DNA of 25,956 nucleotides from Escherichia coli (GTDB lineage Bacteria; Pseudomonadota; Gammaproteobacteria; Enterobacterales; Enterobacteriaceae): NCBI RefSeq assembly GCF_003334785.1, contig NZ_QOWV01000029.1; one strand, 5' to 3'. Shown piece by piece: positions 15,779 to 25,258 of this stretch (position 1 is its first letter; each line of letters starts with the position of its first letter). The notes under the pieces were generated by a model. It saw only the letters and a program-made list of their open reading frames with translations, ran no database searches and was not told where the DNA came from. The position numbers and the translations under genes were made by a program.

Positions 15779-16561
15779 TTATGCGTGTCTGTTTTTCAGC
15801 ATTGTGACCGCATCGGACTCAGGCATCAAAAACTGCACCCGGTACCGTGCAGCCACATCCAGCGCAAACACCTTCGTGTAGACCTCTGTTGAGCTGATGG
15901 ACTTATGCCCCATCAGGCTCTGCAGGACCTTCAGCGGTATACCGGCATACAGCATGTGCATCGCATAGGAATGGCGGAACGTATGTGGCGTGACCGGGAC
16001 AGAGAACGTCACACCGTCAGCAGCAGCGGCGGCAACCGCTTCCCCAATCCAGGTCCTGACCGTTCTGTCCGTCACTTCCCAGATCCGCGCTTTCTCTGTC
16101 CTGCCTGTTCGTTTATTACGCCGTTCCATGGGGATTTTCAGTGTGGCCACCATCGTCTGCAGCTGGCTGACGTACCAGGTGTCGGAAAGCGGAACCAGCC
16201 GGTGAGTCTGCTGACCGGCGGGCATTCTTCCTGCCGTCCTGGCGGCTTTTTCTGTCCGCTGCTTCAGAGTGGCCAGCTGCACAAACGGATACGGAGGCGC
16301 AAGCGAAAAATCCCCCCGCGTCAGCGCCAGTGCTTCATTAATGCGCGCACCGGTGTTCCACAGTGTGGCCAGCAGCATCTTGCGGCGCAGATCCGGCACG
16401 TAATGGAGCAGGGCGCTCACTTCAGGGGCCAGCAGGTATTTTGGCAGTTCATCATGAACCATCGACATCTGGCGGAGTGCCAGCGCTGCCGGATAATCGA
16501 TGGCAACAGGAAGCTGAGCGGCATCCCGGGCATGGTGGATCGGTGCCGGCAGGTGCTGCAT
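15779..16561 (-). CDS. Tyrosine site-specific recombinase, ResD-like multimer-resolution type (260 aa)
   Basis: C-terminal HTFRHSYA...LMGHKSISSTEVYT catalytic signature; start taken as ATG 16561 (MQHLPAP), one nt after the upstream ORF stop. Confidence 0.8.
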   Translation of the reverse strand: MQHLPAPIHHARDAAQLPVAIDYPAALALRQMSMVHDELPKYLLAPEVSALLHYVPDLRRKMLLATLWNTGARINEALALTRGDFSLAPPYPFVQLATLKQRTEKAARTAGRMPAGQQTHRLVPLSDTWYVSQLQTMVATLKIPMERRNKRTGRTEKARIWEVTDRTVRTWIGEAVAAAAADGVTFSVPVTPHTFRHSYAMHMLYAGIPLKVLQSLMGHKSISSTEVYTKVFALDVAARYRVQFLMPESDAVTMLKNRHA

Positions 16562-16562
16562 A

Positions 16563-16898
16563 TCAGTGTTCACTCCACGGGGAAACGTCGGGCAGGTTTT
16601 CCACAACACGGTACTTTCCCGGATAACGGAGCTGGTTACCGCCACGCGTCCAGACGGTGACAACAAAACCCCCTCCCTGGTTGTTTTCGGGGAGCAGGCG
16701 ATCGCACTGCTCACTCAGCATGTGGATCACAAACGGCGCATCGCTGCCGTCTTCAAATACCAGTTCCAGCGCATCGCGGCCATGCAGCCTGGCTGCGCCG
16801 GCATTCCAGCTGAGGTAGACATATCCGGCCTGCGCCTGTACAGACTGCCAGTAATCCGTTCCGGCGACAGCCTAACCTTCATTCTCAATAAAAAACAT
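16563..16898 (-). pseudogene. Small ORF (111 codons) translationally coupled to the recombinase, interrupted by an in-frame amber at codon 9
   Basis: ATG 16898 with GGAG 7 nt upstream; codons MFFIENEG then TAG (plus 16872-16874), then an open protein-like frame to the TGA at 16563-16565. Confidence 0.4.
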
Positions 16899-16982
16899 GG
16901 GTGACTCCTTTTTTCTTTTCCGGGCAGGGACGGTCATGCGATAACGTCATCCATCATCACTGCCCTTACCGTCACGCCGTCT

Positions 16983-17019
16983 GATAACATCATGCCGTTA
17001 TCATCATCACCATGATAAC
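16983..17019. repeat. Nested inverted repeats GATAAC...GTTATC / GTTATCAT...ATGATAAC; candidate recombinase (res-like) site
   Basis: Two overlapping palindromic units upstream of the recombinase operon. Confidence 0.3.
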
Positions 17020-17399
17020 AAGCATCAATATAACCACGTAGCTAAATTACCGGAGAGCCGTTTCCGTCAGATCCGACTTTCAGGAATATCACAACTTTCC
17101 GGAAGTGTACCACGCTGGGGAAATAATCATATCGCTGTTTTCCGCCCCTGCGCGACGCATCACAGGTCAGGGAGATGACACAACATATAGTGTCATCAGC
17201 AGCTGAATCCGGCACCACATGTTGTGCTGACGGGAGGTGGCGTTGTGTGGGGGGAGAAGAAGATCCGTAACTGCCATTTTTCGGATCTGCGGAGAAGATA
17301 AGAGGTATTAATGCATTGCAGGCACTAATCATGCTCAATTATTGCGATATGAGGATTATTGTATTTTTTGAAGGGGAATAAGCTGATTATTGCTCTGAT

Positions 17400-19085
17400 T
17401 GAATTAATCAGCCTGACGGCGGATCAGCGACGAAGCGACACGCATCAACTTCACCCTGAGTGTCCGTCCTGGCCTTTGACATCGTGGCCACCCCTGAAGT
17501 CCGCTTTGTGCCAGGTATAGTCATTCACACCCTGAGAGTTACACTTTTAAGTGATTCAGGGTATGCGCTTATTGGTTACGAATATTGTGCCAGAATCATG
17601 TAATTTGATGATTGTCGCTTTGCTTTCGAGCCAGTAAGTGCTCAACGTTCGCTAACGAATACTCAGGGCATGCAGAAAAACTGCTGACTATATTTCTTTC
17701 GAAGAGCGTGGAATGCATACCAATCCCCGATAAAAAGGAGTTGGTGATGACTGCGAAAGATCAGTTTGCTGCTTATGTTGGTTTGGACTGGGCAGATAAA
17801 AAACACGATGTCTGCGTTCAGTTTAAAAACGGTGATCGCATATTCCATGTGATTGAACATACGCCTGAGGCACTTGATATCTGGCTCAATGAGTTACACC
17901 AGAGGGTGAAAGGCAGGATTGCTATTGCCGTTGAGCTGAAGAAAGGCCCGGTGGTGTATGCACTCCAGAAGTACCCATTTGTCACTGTTTTTCCAGTACA
18001 CGCGTTGTCACTGGCCCGCTACCGACAGGCTTTCTGGCCCAGTGGTGCGAAGGTTGATCCGCAGGATGCTGAGCTGGCATTAGACCTGATGCTACGTTAT
18101 CCCCACAAGATAAAAGCCATTGAAGCCGACAATCCGGATATCCGATTACTCCAGCAATTAGTTGAGCAGCGCCGACTGCTGGTCGAAGACAAGCGTCGCT
18201 TTGTTAATCGGCTCATCAATACGCTTAAGCAGTATTACCCCCAGCCCCTGGAATGGTTCTCCCATCGGGACAGCTCACTGTTCTGCGAGCTAATCATTCG
18301 CTGGCCGAGTCTGCAACAACTCAAACGGGCTCGCAGCGATACTGTACGTCATTTTATGAATGCTAAAGGTGGTCCTGCTGTTGCATATACCGAACAGCGG
18401 GTTGCAAGTATTGCCAGCGCTATTCCCCTGACCACAGATAAAACTGTCATCGAGGCAAATGCCTTGATAGCAACAGCACTTGCATCCCAAATCAAACTGA
18501 CAGGCGACCTAATCAGAACCTACGATGAACGTATTGAATCCTTATTCGATACGCTTCCGGATGCAGAACTGTTCAAATCACTACCTGGAATGGGGCCGTG
18601 TATGGGCCCACGGATGCTTGCAGCACTGGGTGATAACCGCAACCGCTTCAACAGCGCCGAAGAAATTCAAAACTACGCTGGCATCGCACCAGTAACCGAG
18701 CGAAGTGGTCAAAAATCGTGGGTACACTGGCGTTGGCAGTGTGCCAAGTTCGTCCGGCAGACATTCGTGGAATGGACTGCGAAGACGGTTAACTCATCGT
18801 ACTGGGCCAGACTTTATTACCAGGGCCAGCGAGAAAAAGGGAAATCTCATCAGTCAGCGATCCGGGCTCTGGCATTTAAATGGATAAGGATCATTTACCG
18901 CTGCTGGAAGACCCGAACCCGGTACGACGAAGCGAAATATTTGCTGGCACTGGAAGCGCGAAAGTCGCCCTTACTGAAGCCATAAAAAGCTTGTCGAATG
19001 TCTCAGGGCGTGAAGCGGACTTTGCAAAATGGGGGTTATTTCAATCAAAACGTAACGTCACAACCAGCCGACGCTCTCTCGCCAT
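17400..19085 (+). mobile_element. IS110-family element; boundaries approximate
   Basis: Contains the DEDD-type transposase; IS110-family elements lack obvious terminal inverted repeats so ends cannot be set from sequence alone. Confidence 0.4.
17747..18985 (+). CDS. IS110-family transposase/recombinase (412 aa)
   Basis: N-terminal AYVGLDWADKKHDVCV and overall similarity to IS110/IS1111 transposases from memory; ATG 17747 with AAAGGAG RBS. Confidence 0.9.
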   Translation: MTAKDQFAAYVGLDWADKKHDVCVQFKNGDRIFHVIEHTPEALDIWLNELHQRVKGRIAIAVELKKGPVVYALQKYPFVTVFPVHALSLARYRQAFWPSGAKVDPQDAELALDLMLRYPHKIKAIEADNPDIRLLQQLVEQRRLLVEDKRRFVNRLINTLKQYYPQPLEWFSHRDSSLFCELIIRWPSLQQLKRARSDTVRHFMNAKGGPAVAYTEQRVASIASAIPLTTDKTVIEANALIATALASQIKLTGDLIRTYDERIESLFDTLPDAELFKSLPGMGPCMGPRMLAALGDNRNRFNSAEEIQNYAGIAPVTERSGQKSWVHWRWQCAKFVRQTFVEWTAKTVNSSYWARLYYQGQREKGKSHQSAIRALAFKWIRIIYRCWKTRTRYDEAKYLLALEARKSPLLKP

Positions 19086-20002
19086 TTATAATTAGTAACT
19101 TTATCATTTTCGCTTATTTTTTTAGATATAGAGCGCGGCTCTCTTCCTAGATACTCAGATATTTCTGTCGGGGACAAATCAAAATCGACAAGCATGACTC
19201 TAAGTTTTTCCATTTCCTTTAAAGTCCAAGGCTTGCCATAATTTTCATAAAGAGATACCTTATGCTCCCTGATAGTTCGCTTTCTCTGAGCTTCACTTTC
19301 CCTCTGAAAAATCTCGCTTTTAAATTGTGAACGGAACTCTTTACAGAAGTTGTTATCAGTTTTTTTGTTATATAGATTGCTAAAAATAAGCTGGGATGCC
19401 GGGTCTAAATCAGGTGTGTTAATAATGAAAACTTTGACCTTTTCCATATAGGGATATTCAATTTTACCCAATATGCTTAATTGCTTTATATTAAAAAAAC
19501 CTCTCAAATCAAAAGATTTAATGAGCTTTGATTGGATTACACTTTCAATCCTGCTTGCATTTGAATAACAGTACTTTGCCATTGGAAGGGCCCATACTAC
19601 CAGTTGAGGAATATATTTTTCTAATGCAATGCTCTGCCAATCAGTATCAAAGGTTTGGCTTTTTGCTAGCATGTTTTTCGGCAAATCAGAATACATTGTG
19701 GTAGATGCCCATATCTTATAATCCTTCGCCAAGGCTTGATAGTATTTTGTGTGGTTATGAATTTTATAAGCTGACATGAAGCGATAAACGTCTTCGTCGT
19801 GACCAGCGTCGTAAATTGTTCGATTTCCTCTAAGATAACCTTCGTAATGTTCGGTTATCCTTCTACCTACATTACAACTTACCCCAACGTAAACCACACG
19901 ACTGAAAAGTCCTTTATGGACAATAAGATAAACTCCGCTACAGCCAGATTTCCTGGCCTCTGATAGAGAACCTAAAAATCTCCATTCCATAATTAAATCC
20001 AT
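19058..20002 (-). CDS. GIY-YIG nuclease-domain protein with possible C-terminal HTH, 314 aa, AT-rich
   Basis: N-terminal GVYLIVHKGLFSRVVYVGVSCNVGRRITEH fits the GIY-(N10)-YVG-R motif; C-terminal LSPTEISEYLGREPRSISKKI is HTH-like. Last 8 codons sit in higher-GC sequence next to the IS110 element. Confidence 0.65.
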   Translation of the reverse strand: MDLIMEWRFLGSLSEARKSGCSGVYLIVHKGLFSRVVYVGVSCNVGRRITEHYEGYLRGNRTIYDAGHDEDVYRFMSAYKIHNHTKYYQALAKDYKIWASTTMYSDLPKNMLAKSQTFDTDWQSIALEKYIPQLVVWALPMAKYCYSNASRIESVIQSKLIKSFDLRGFFNIKQLSILGKIEYPYMEKVKVFIINTPDLDPASQLIFSNLYNKKTDNNFCKEFRSQFKSEIFQRESEAQRKRTIREHKVSLYENYGKPWTLKEMEKLRVMLVDFDLSPTEISEYLGREPRSISKKISENDKVTNYKWRESVGWL

Positions 20003-20347
20003 TATTATTGCTACTTTTTTTGTTTATCATTATTTTCGTGAAACTTCAACAATTTTATCCAAAAGCTAAGGGTAAAGACTTATATAATTATACTTGTCAT
20101 CGTTAGCGATTATATAGAGTAGTGGCGCTGACCTGCTCCCTGGTGATTCACACAGAATGCTGTTAGTAATGTCCGTTCCTCGCTCAAAGCGGACCTTCCA
20201 TTTCCACCTGTCTTTTGCTTTTAACCCCTTTCTGCCGTATCTCGTTTGCCCTTCCATACGTCTAATCAGTCCGGAACCGACTTCACAGAAACCGGACCTG
20301 CGCGGCGGAAAACGGGCAAATAGTATGATAATTAAAAAATACACATA

Positions 20348-20405
20348 AAATCATACCTGATATGATATTTACATACAAAGAAATTAATCATTTCAGGTAT
20401 GATTT
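20348..20405. repeat. Perfect 13-bp inverted repeat AAATCATACCTGA ... TCAGGTATGATTT separated by 32 bp
   Basis: Arms at 20348-20360 and 20393-20405; the AT-rich spacer contains TATGAT; lies 38 bp upstream of the next gene. Confidence 0.6.
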
Positions 20406-20442
20406 ATTTCTTAACAGGACATTATCAGATGGAGTGTGCAGG

Positions 20443-20700
20443 ATGAATGAAGAACGGGTGTTTTCACTCAGCTATGAACAACTGACCCGGTTTGCGGAAA
20501 AACGCATCCGGGAATGCAATCTGGACAGCCAGGGCGCGATTTATCTCTGCGAGTCAGCCAAAGCCGGAGCCGTGCTGATCTTCTGGCATGAACTGGCCAT
20601 AAACGGCTATGTCTCAATGAATGCCATAAAGAGACAGGATCTCATTGACGCCGACTTTCAGCGCCTCAGAAAGCTCATCTGGCCGGAGGATGACAGGTAA
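20443..20700 (+). CDS. Hypothetical protein, 85 aa
   Basis: ATG 20443 with GGAG 8 nt upstream; stop overlaps next start (TAATG). Confidence 0.55.
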   Translation: MNEERVFSLSYEQLTRFAEKRIRECNLDSQGAIYLCESAKAGAVLIFWHELAINGYVSMNAIKRQDLIDADFQRLRKLIWPEDDR

Positions 20701-21290
20701 TGACCCAGAGCCGCCGACCGTCGCCACTGCAGCGGAGAGTGCTGATTGTGCTGGCTGCCCTTGATGAAAAACGGCCGGGCCCCGTGCTGACGCGGGACCT
20801 GGAACGGGTGCTGGAGCGAAGCGGGGAAGCACCGGTCTACGGGCCAAACCTGCGCACGTCCTGCCGCCGCCTGGAGGATGCCGGCTGGCTGCGCACCCTG
20901 CGCGCCACGAATCTGCAGCTGGCTGTCGAGCTGACGGACGCCGGCCGGACCGTGGCACAGCCTCTGCTGCTGGCAGAGCAGGACCGCCTCCGGGCAGAAC
21001 AGCGCGCGGCGGAAGTCGTCGTACTGCCGCTGGTCCCGGCAGCAGGTCTGCCCGCAGACGGCACTTCTGCCACTGATCTGGCGGTGGAGCTGAACGGCAT
21101 GACGTATCAGGCCTGCCGTGGGGATTTTGTGGTACGTCTCGACGGCAGCACCTGTCTGCAGTTATGGAATAAAGAAGGCAGGGTGGTACGCCTGGAGGGC
21201 GATCCGCTGGAAGTGGCGCAGTGGCTGCAGGCCTGTCACGATGCCGGAATGGAGGTTCGTGTACAGGTTAATGAAAGCGTCACCCCGTAA
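20700..21290 (+). CDS. Hypothetical protein, 196 aa, N-terminal winged-helix-like segment, GC-rich
   Basis: Translationally coupled to the 85-aa gene; N-terminal LQRRVLIVLAALDEKRPGPVLTRDLERVLERSG looks wHTH-like; GC far higher than flanking DNA. Confidence 0.6.
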   Translation: MTQSRRPSPLQRRVLIVLAALDEKRPGPVLTRDLERVLERSGEAPVYGPNLRTSCRRLEDAGWLRTLRATNLQLAVELTDAGRTVAQPLLLAEQDRLRAEQRAAEVVVLPLVPAAGLPADGTSATDLAVELNGMTYQACRGDFVVRLDGSTCLQLWNKEGRVVRLEGDPLEVAQWLQACHDAGMEVRVQVNESVTP

Positions 21291-21408
21291 AAACATGCCA
21301 GCGTTATCTCATGGTGGCAGCCGGTTAACTTTCCTGCGCCACCAGTAGAAAGAGGCCATGCACAGTCTGGTCAAAAATCCTGACGTTGACATCAGTCACT
21401 CCCGCAGG

Positions 21409-21437
21409 ACAAAAAGAAGCCAGCCATCCTGGCTGGC
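21409..21437 (-). terminator. Minus-strand hairpin plus T-run with no annotated minus-strand gene upstream
   Basis: Plus strand AAAAAGAA-GCCAGCC-ATCCT-GGCTGGC; on the minus strand a hairpin followed by TTCTTTTT. Confidence 0.3.
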
Positions 21438-21872
21438 AAGCATGTCATGTACCTCTGGCAAATAAAAGCACTTTATCGGACATCAGTGCTTACACACATA
21501 ATAAACACGGTTCCAGTACCGGTATCATGCTGTTTTCTCCACAGCCTGGCAATTATCCTGTGCAGCGATTGTTTACCCGAATCTGGCGGATTACTTTTCC
21601 TTTATCAATAATCCGGTTGTCGGAAACTCAACTGCAATATTTGAATTATTCTGTTTCGTTATATCAGTTTCTGTGGCTGCCATTTACTTAATTTTTATAT
21701 TCTGAAAGCTCTTTCAGGAAATTGAAAGGGCTGTCGCACCATAACTGTTACTACAGCGAGTATAAACATTCAGAGAACGGACTTATTAGCTATAAAAATC
21801 ACCTGGCGGAAATTTTACTAATTTATGGATTGTGATATTATTAAAGAGTAAAACCAGCCAGCCGAGGTATTT

Positions 21873-22467
21873 ATGGAAAAACATCAGGAAGAAAGGACCC
21901 CCCCCCGTCATTGTGGTGAAAAAACGTCGAACTTTTTCGCCACCATCCTTATCCGAACAAACAGATATTATCGTGCCTGTATCTACTGAACAGGCGACAG
22001 AAGCAACACCCGCCGGAATAATTTCATCTGCCGTCGAAACACATATCCCCGAAGCGCCAGCCCGGAAGAAGAAAAAGAAAAGACACCGTTTCCCACGTCC
22101 CGCCCACTGGACCCGAGAGTATACTCACGAGTGCGTGGAAAAAATAAAAACCCTGTTTCCTCATCTTCGTGCTGAAGGCGGTGGATTTATCCCCCTGAAA
22201 ATTGGCATCAGCAATGATATTTCGGCATTTCTGGCAGAAAACCCGGATACAGAACTGTCCATGGACGAATGGTTCTGTGCAGTGTCCTGCATCACCTCCC
22301 GCCGCGTATATCTGCAGCGGACCTCTGTCGCCGGCGTCCCTCGTTATGGGCTGGATGGTCATCCCGATGGGCAGGTTTCAGAAACTGAAACACAGAGTGC
22401 TAGTCAAAGACTGGCGATAATAGAACAACGGTGGCTCAGGATGAAGGAACGGCAGACTGAGCAATAA
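21873..22467 (+). CDS. finO: FinO-family RNA chaperone (FinO/ProQ domain); 5' end out of frame with the best start codon
   Basis: C-terminal region aligns by eye with F-plasmid FinO (CITSRRVYLQRTSVAGVPRYGLDGHP vs [24 protein letters not shown]). ATG 21873 with GAGG RBS is in frame 0; the FinO body is in frame +1 from the C9 tract onward. Confidence 0.6.
21898..21906. repeat. Homopolymeric C9 tract inside the finO 5' coding region
   Basis: Nine consecutive C residues; one fewer C would fuse MEKHQEERTPP to the FinO body. Confidence 0.9.
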
Positions 22468-22549
22468 ACATTTCAGATAACATCATGACATTGTGTATCA
22501 GAGTCTGCTTACAGACTCATGGATACCACCAAAGGCTCATCAGATATAA

Positions 22550-22575
22550 GGCAGAAGCGGCGTAACTGCCTTTTG
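22550..22575 (+). terminator. Probable terminator after finO
   Basis: GGCAG - 11-nt loop - CTGCC followed by TTTT. Confidence 0.35.
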
Positions 22576-22746
22576 AAAGGAAAAAAGCGACCGCAAGGAT
22601 GCAATGGATATCTGCCGCATACTGAAATAAAGTAACAAAAAATCACCACAATCACGGGGGCTTCCTTCCTGTACTCAGGCCATACCCCCGCCCGGATAAA
22701 GTTCTCAATCAACAATACAATAAAACTGTGAATAATATCATCATGA

Positions 22747-23235
22747 TTAATGCATAATTACCCGTGATTCTTTCCTGGTAACGTAGGTACAGTTATCCGG
22801 AACCTCCTCCATAATAAAAGACATGGCTCCAATTTTTACATTACTGCCTATTTTTACGTTAAGCCCGATAATACACGTATGGGCACCTACATCGACATTA
22901 TCACCAATAACGATATAATTATCTCTGCTGTCAGATTCCTTTTCGCCAATGGTCGTGTTCTGCCGAATAATCACATTCTCACCGATCTTTACATTACCGT
23001 GAATGACGACACCTGAATGGTGGGGCAGCACGAGGCCTTTACCAATCTGCGCCCCCAGGCCAATATCACATCCATACTTTGCCATAAGCGCATTTTTTAT
23101 CTTGATCGCACATTTTCGTTGTTTTTTATTCCCCGATATATACATTTCATTAGCCAGACGCCACCACAGAAGAAAACCTCTCTGCCTCTGCATACCGTTC
23201 CTGATAAGCCGGTGAAAAACAAACTTATCCCGCAT
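22747..23235 (-). CDS. Hexapeptide-repeat (LbH) acetyltransferase, serine acetyltransferase/WcaB-like, 162 aa
   Basis: DIGLGAQIGKGLVLPHHSGVVIHGNVKIGENVIIRQNTTIGEK hexapeptide pattern. Start chosen at ATG 23235 to give WcaB-like length and alignment; upstream in-frame starts at 23334 and 23397 are possible. AT-rich. Confidence 0.65.
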   Translation of the reverse strand: MRDKFVFHRLIRNGMQRQRGFLLWWRLANEMYISGNKKQRKCAIKIKNALMAKYGCDIGLGAQIGKGLVLPHHSGVVIHGNVKIGENVIIRQNTTIGEKESDSRDNYIVIGDNVDVGAHTCIIGLNVKIGSNVKIGAMSFIMEEVPDNCTYVTRKESRVIMH

Positions 23236-23671
23236 GATAACTTCTGCTTTCCAGTATTCCAGAAGATGACGTTTTTTTTCTGATAATAAAAATGTGCCAA
23301 TATGGAAATAAGAAATCGGATTTTTTATCAGCATACGCAAATTTTCAGAAAACAATGAAGACAGATGTATTTTATATACACAGATAAAACCGCGCAAGAG
23401 ACAGGGTGATACAGAAAAGTAACTATTTTTAGCTATAGTATTATTGGTTTTACCTATTTTTGTGATTGTATTTCTGTATATTTGACATTGAGTCTCTCAG
23501 AATCGGTTTCTCGAAGTGACGAGCGTTCAGAATGGAGACAAATAAATTCGGGAAACGAACCTTCACGGTAAGTTTTGTCACATTTATCATCCCTAAACAT
23601 GAGAATTATCACCAAAACTAACCACCCAACAAACGTAAGCGTGCAGCAAGAACCGTATTGACGGGGATGTG

Positions 23672-25210
23672 TTATTCAGTCGGCAGTGCTACGCGCCAGG
23701 GGAGCAGTTCGCCGACCCGGTTTATCGGCCAGTCGGCTATGACGTCAAGGACATAGCGGAGGTAGCTTTCTGGCTCCACTCCGTTCAGTTTGCACGTCCC
23801 GATCAGGCTGTACAGCAGCGCTCCCCGCTCTCCTCCATGATCCGAACCGAAGAACAGGTAGTTTTTGCGGCCCAGACTGACCATCCGCAACGCATTTTCA
23901 GCGATGTTATTGTCCGCCTCAGCCCAGCCATCATCTGCATAGTACGTCAGCGCCGGCCACTGGTTCAGGGCGTATGCGAACGCTTTCGCCAGTTCTGAGT
24001 GTCGCGACAGGGTTTTCATCTTTTCACGCAGCCAGCTTTCCAGGGATTTCAGCAGCGGTTTCATTTTCAACTGACGTTCGGCAAGGCGCTGCTCCGCCGT
24101 CATTCCCCTTATCTCTGCCTCGATGGCGTACAGTTCGCCGATCCGTTTCAGCGCTTCCTCCGTCAGGGCTGACGGGGTGCGAACGTGCACATCGTGGATT
24201 TTACGGCGGGCGTGAGCCCAACAGGCGGCTTCCGTTATCCGGCCATCCCGGTACAGCTCGTTGAACCCGGCGTATGCATCCGCCTGCAGTACACCACTGA
24301 ACCCCGCAAGATGGGTCTGCGGATGGATGCCTTTTCTGTCCGGGCTGTAAGCGAACCACACCGCCGGCGCCAGCGTTGACCCGGCGTTACGGTCGTCACG
24401 AACGTAGGTCCATAACCGCCCGGTCTTCGTTTTCTTATTGCCTGGCAACAGCACCGGGACAGGCGTGTCATCAGCATGGAGCTTACCGTCAGTCAGCACA
24501 TAGTCCTGAAGCGCTTCTTCCAGCGGTGACAGTAGCCGGCAGCATGCATCCACCCAGCCCGACAGCAGTGAACGACTCAGCTCCACGCCCTGGCGGCCGT
24601 ACATTTCAGACTGGCGGTACAGCGGGGTGTGCTCTGCATACTTTGAGATCAGCACGCGGGCCAGCAGCCCCGGTCCTGCGATACCCCGCTCGATGGGCCG
24701 TGAAGGCGCGGGGGCCTGCACGATGGCATCGCACTGAGTACAGGCATGCTTTTCACGTACAGTCCGGATAACCCGGAAGACGCTGCGCATCAACTCCAGC
24801 TGTTCGGCGGCATCCTCACCCAGATAGCTCAGTGAGCCTCCACATTCCGGGCAGCATGACGCTGCCGGCAGCAGCCGTTTTTCATCGCGGGGGAGTGATT
24901 CGGGGAACGGTTTGCGGGTGCGGGTTTGACGCAGCGGGCGCTGCACGGCCGGGTCGTCAACCCGACCGGTAAGGGTATCACTTTCTTTCTGAAGTGCCTT
25001 CAGGTCAGCTTCCATCTGTGCGATACGACGGGAGACTTTTTCGGAGCGGCTGCCGAAGTTCATCCGGCGCAGCTTATCCAGCTGTGCCTGCAGATGGTCT
25101 ATTTCGCGTTCACGCTCGTTCAGCTTTTCCAGCAGGGCACGGTTCAGCGCCTCCTGTTCGGCAAGGAGACGTTTCAGTGCATTGATATCGTCAGGAAGTG
25201 AGCTGCTCAT
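23672..25210 (-). CDS. IS66-family transposase TnpC (512 aa)
   Basis: Leucine-zipper-like N-terminus and CxxC motifs typical of IS66 Orf3, recognised from memory. Confidence 0.9.
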   Translation of the reverse strand: MSSSLPDDINALKRLLAEQEALNRALLEKLNEREREIDHLQAQLDKLRRMNFGSRSEKVSRRIAQMEADLKALQKESDTLTGRVDDPAVQRPLRQTRTRKPFPESLPRDEKRLLPAASCCPECGGSLSYLGEDAAEQLELMRSVFRVIRTVREKHACTQCDAIVQAPAPSRPIERGIAGPGLLARVLISKYAEHTPLYRQSEMYGRQGVELSRSLLSGWVDACCRLLSPLEEALQDYVLTDGKLHADDTPVPVLLPGNKKTKTGRLWTYVRDDRNAGSTLAPAVWFAYSPDRKGIHPQTHLAGFSGVLQADAYAGFNELYRDGRITEAACWAHARRKIHDVHVRTPSALTEEALKRIGELYAIEAEIRGMTAEQRLAERQLKMKPLLKSLESWLREKMKTLSRHSELAKAFAYALNQWPALTYYADDGWAEADNNIAENALRMVSLGRKNYLFFGSDHGGERGALLYSLIGTCKLNGVEPESYLRYVLDVIADWPINRVGELLPWRVALPTE

Positions 25211-25258
25211 ACCGGGTATATTACCAGGCTCATTCAGCGTCGACCAGGATAAAGAGGC

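Noticed and set aside
16566-16904. 112-aa plus-strand ORF
   Set aside because: It is the antisense shadow of the minus-strand gene that has a strong RBS and is translationally coupled to the recombinase; the plus-strand product is not protein-like.
17042-17338. 98-aa minus-strand ORF
   Set aside because: No RBS, low-complexity Ser/Gly/Pro-rich product, in the non-coding stretch between the res-like repeats and the IS110 transposase.
21832-22467. Track start (GTG 21832) for the finO-family gene
   Set aside because: No RBS, and an in-frame-shifted ATG with a good RBS lies at 21873; the N-terminal 25 residues of the track ORF are probably not translated.
23669-25201. Plus-strand ORFs (64-131 aa) across the IS66 transposase gene
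   Set aside because: Shadow frames of the 512-aa minus-strand TnpC.
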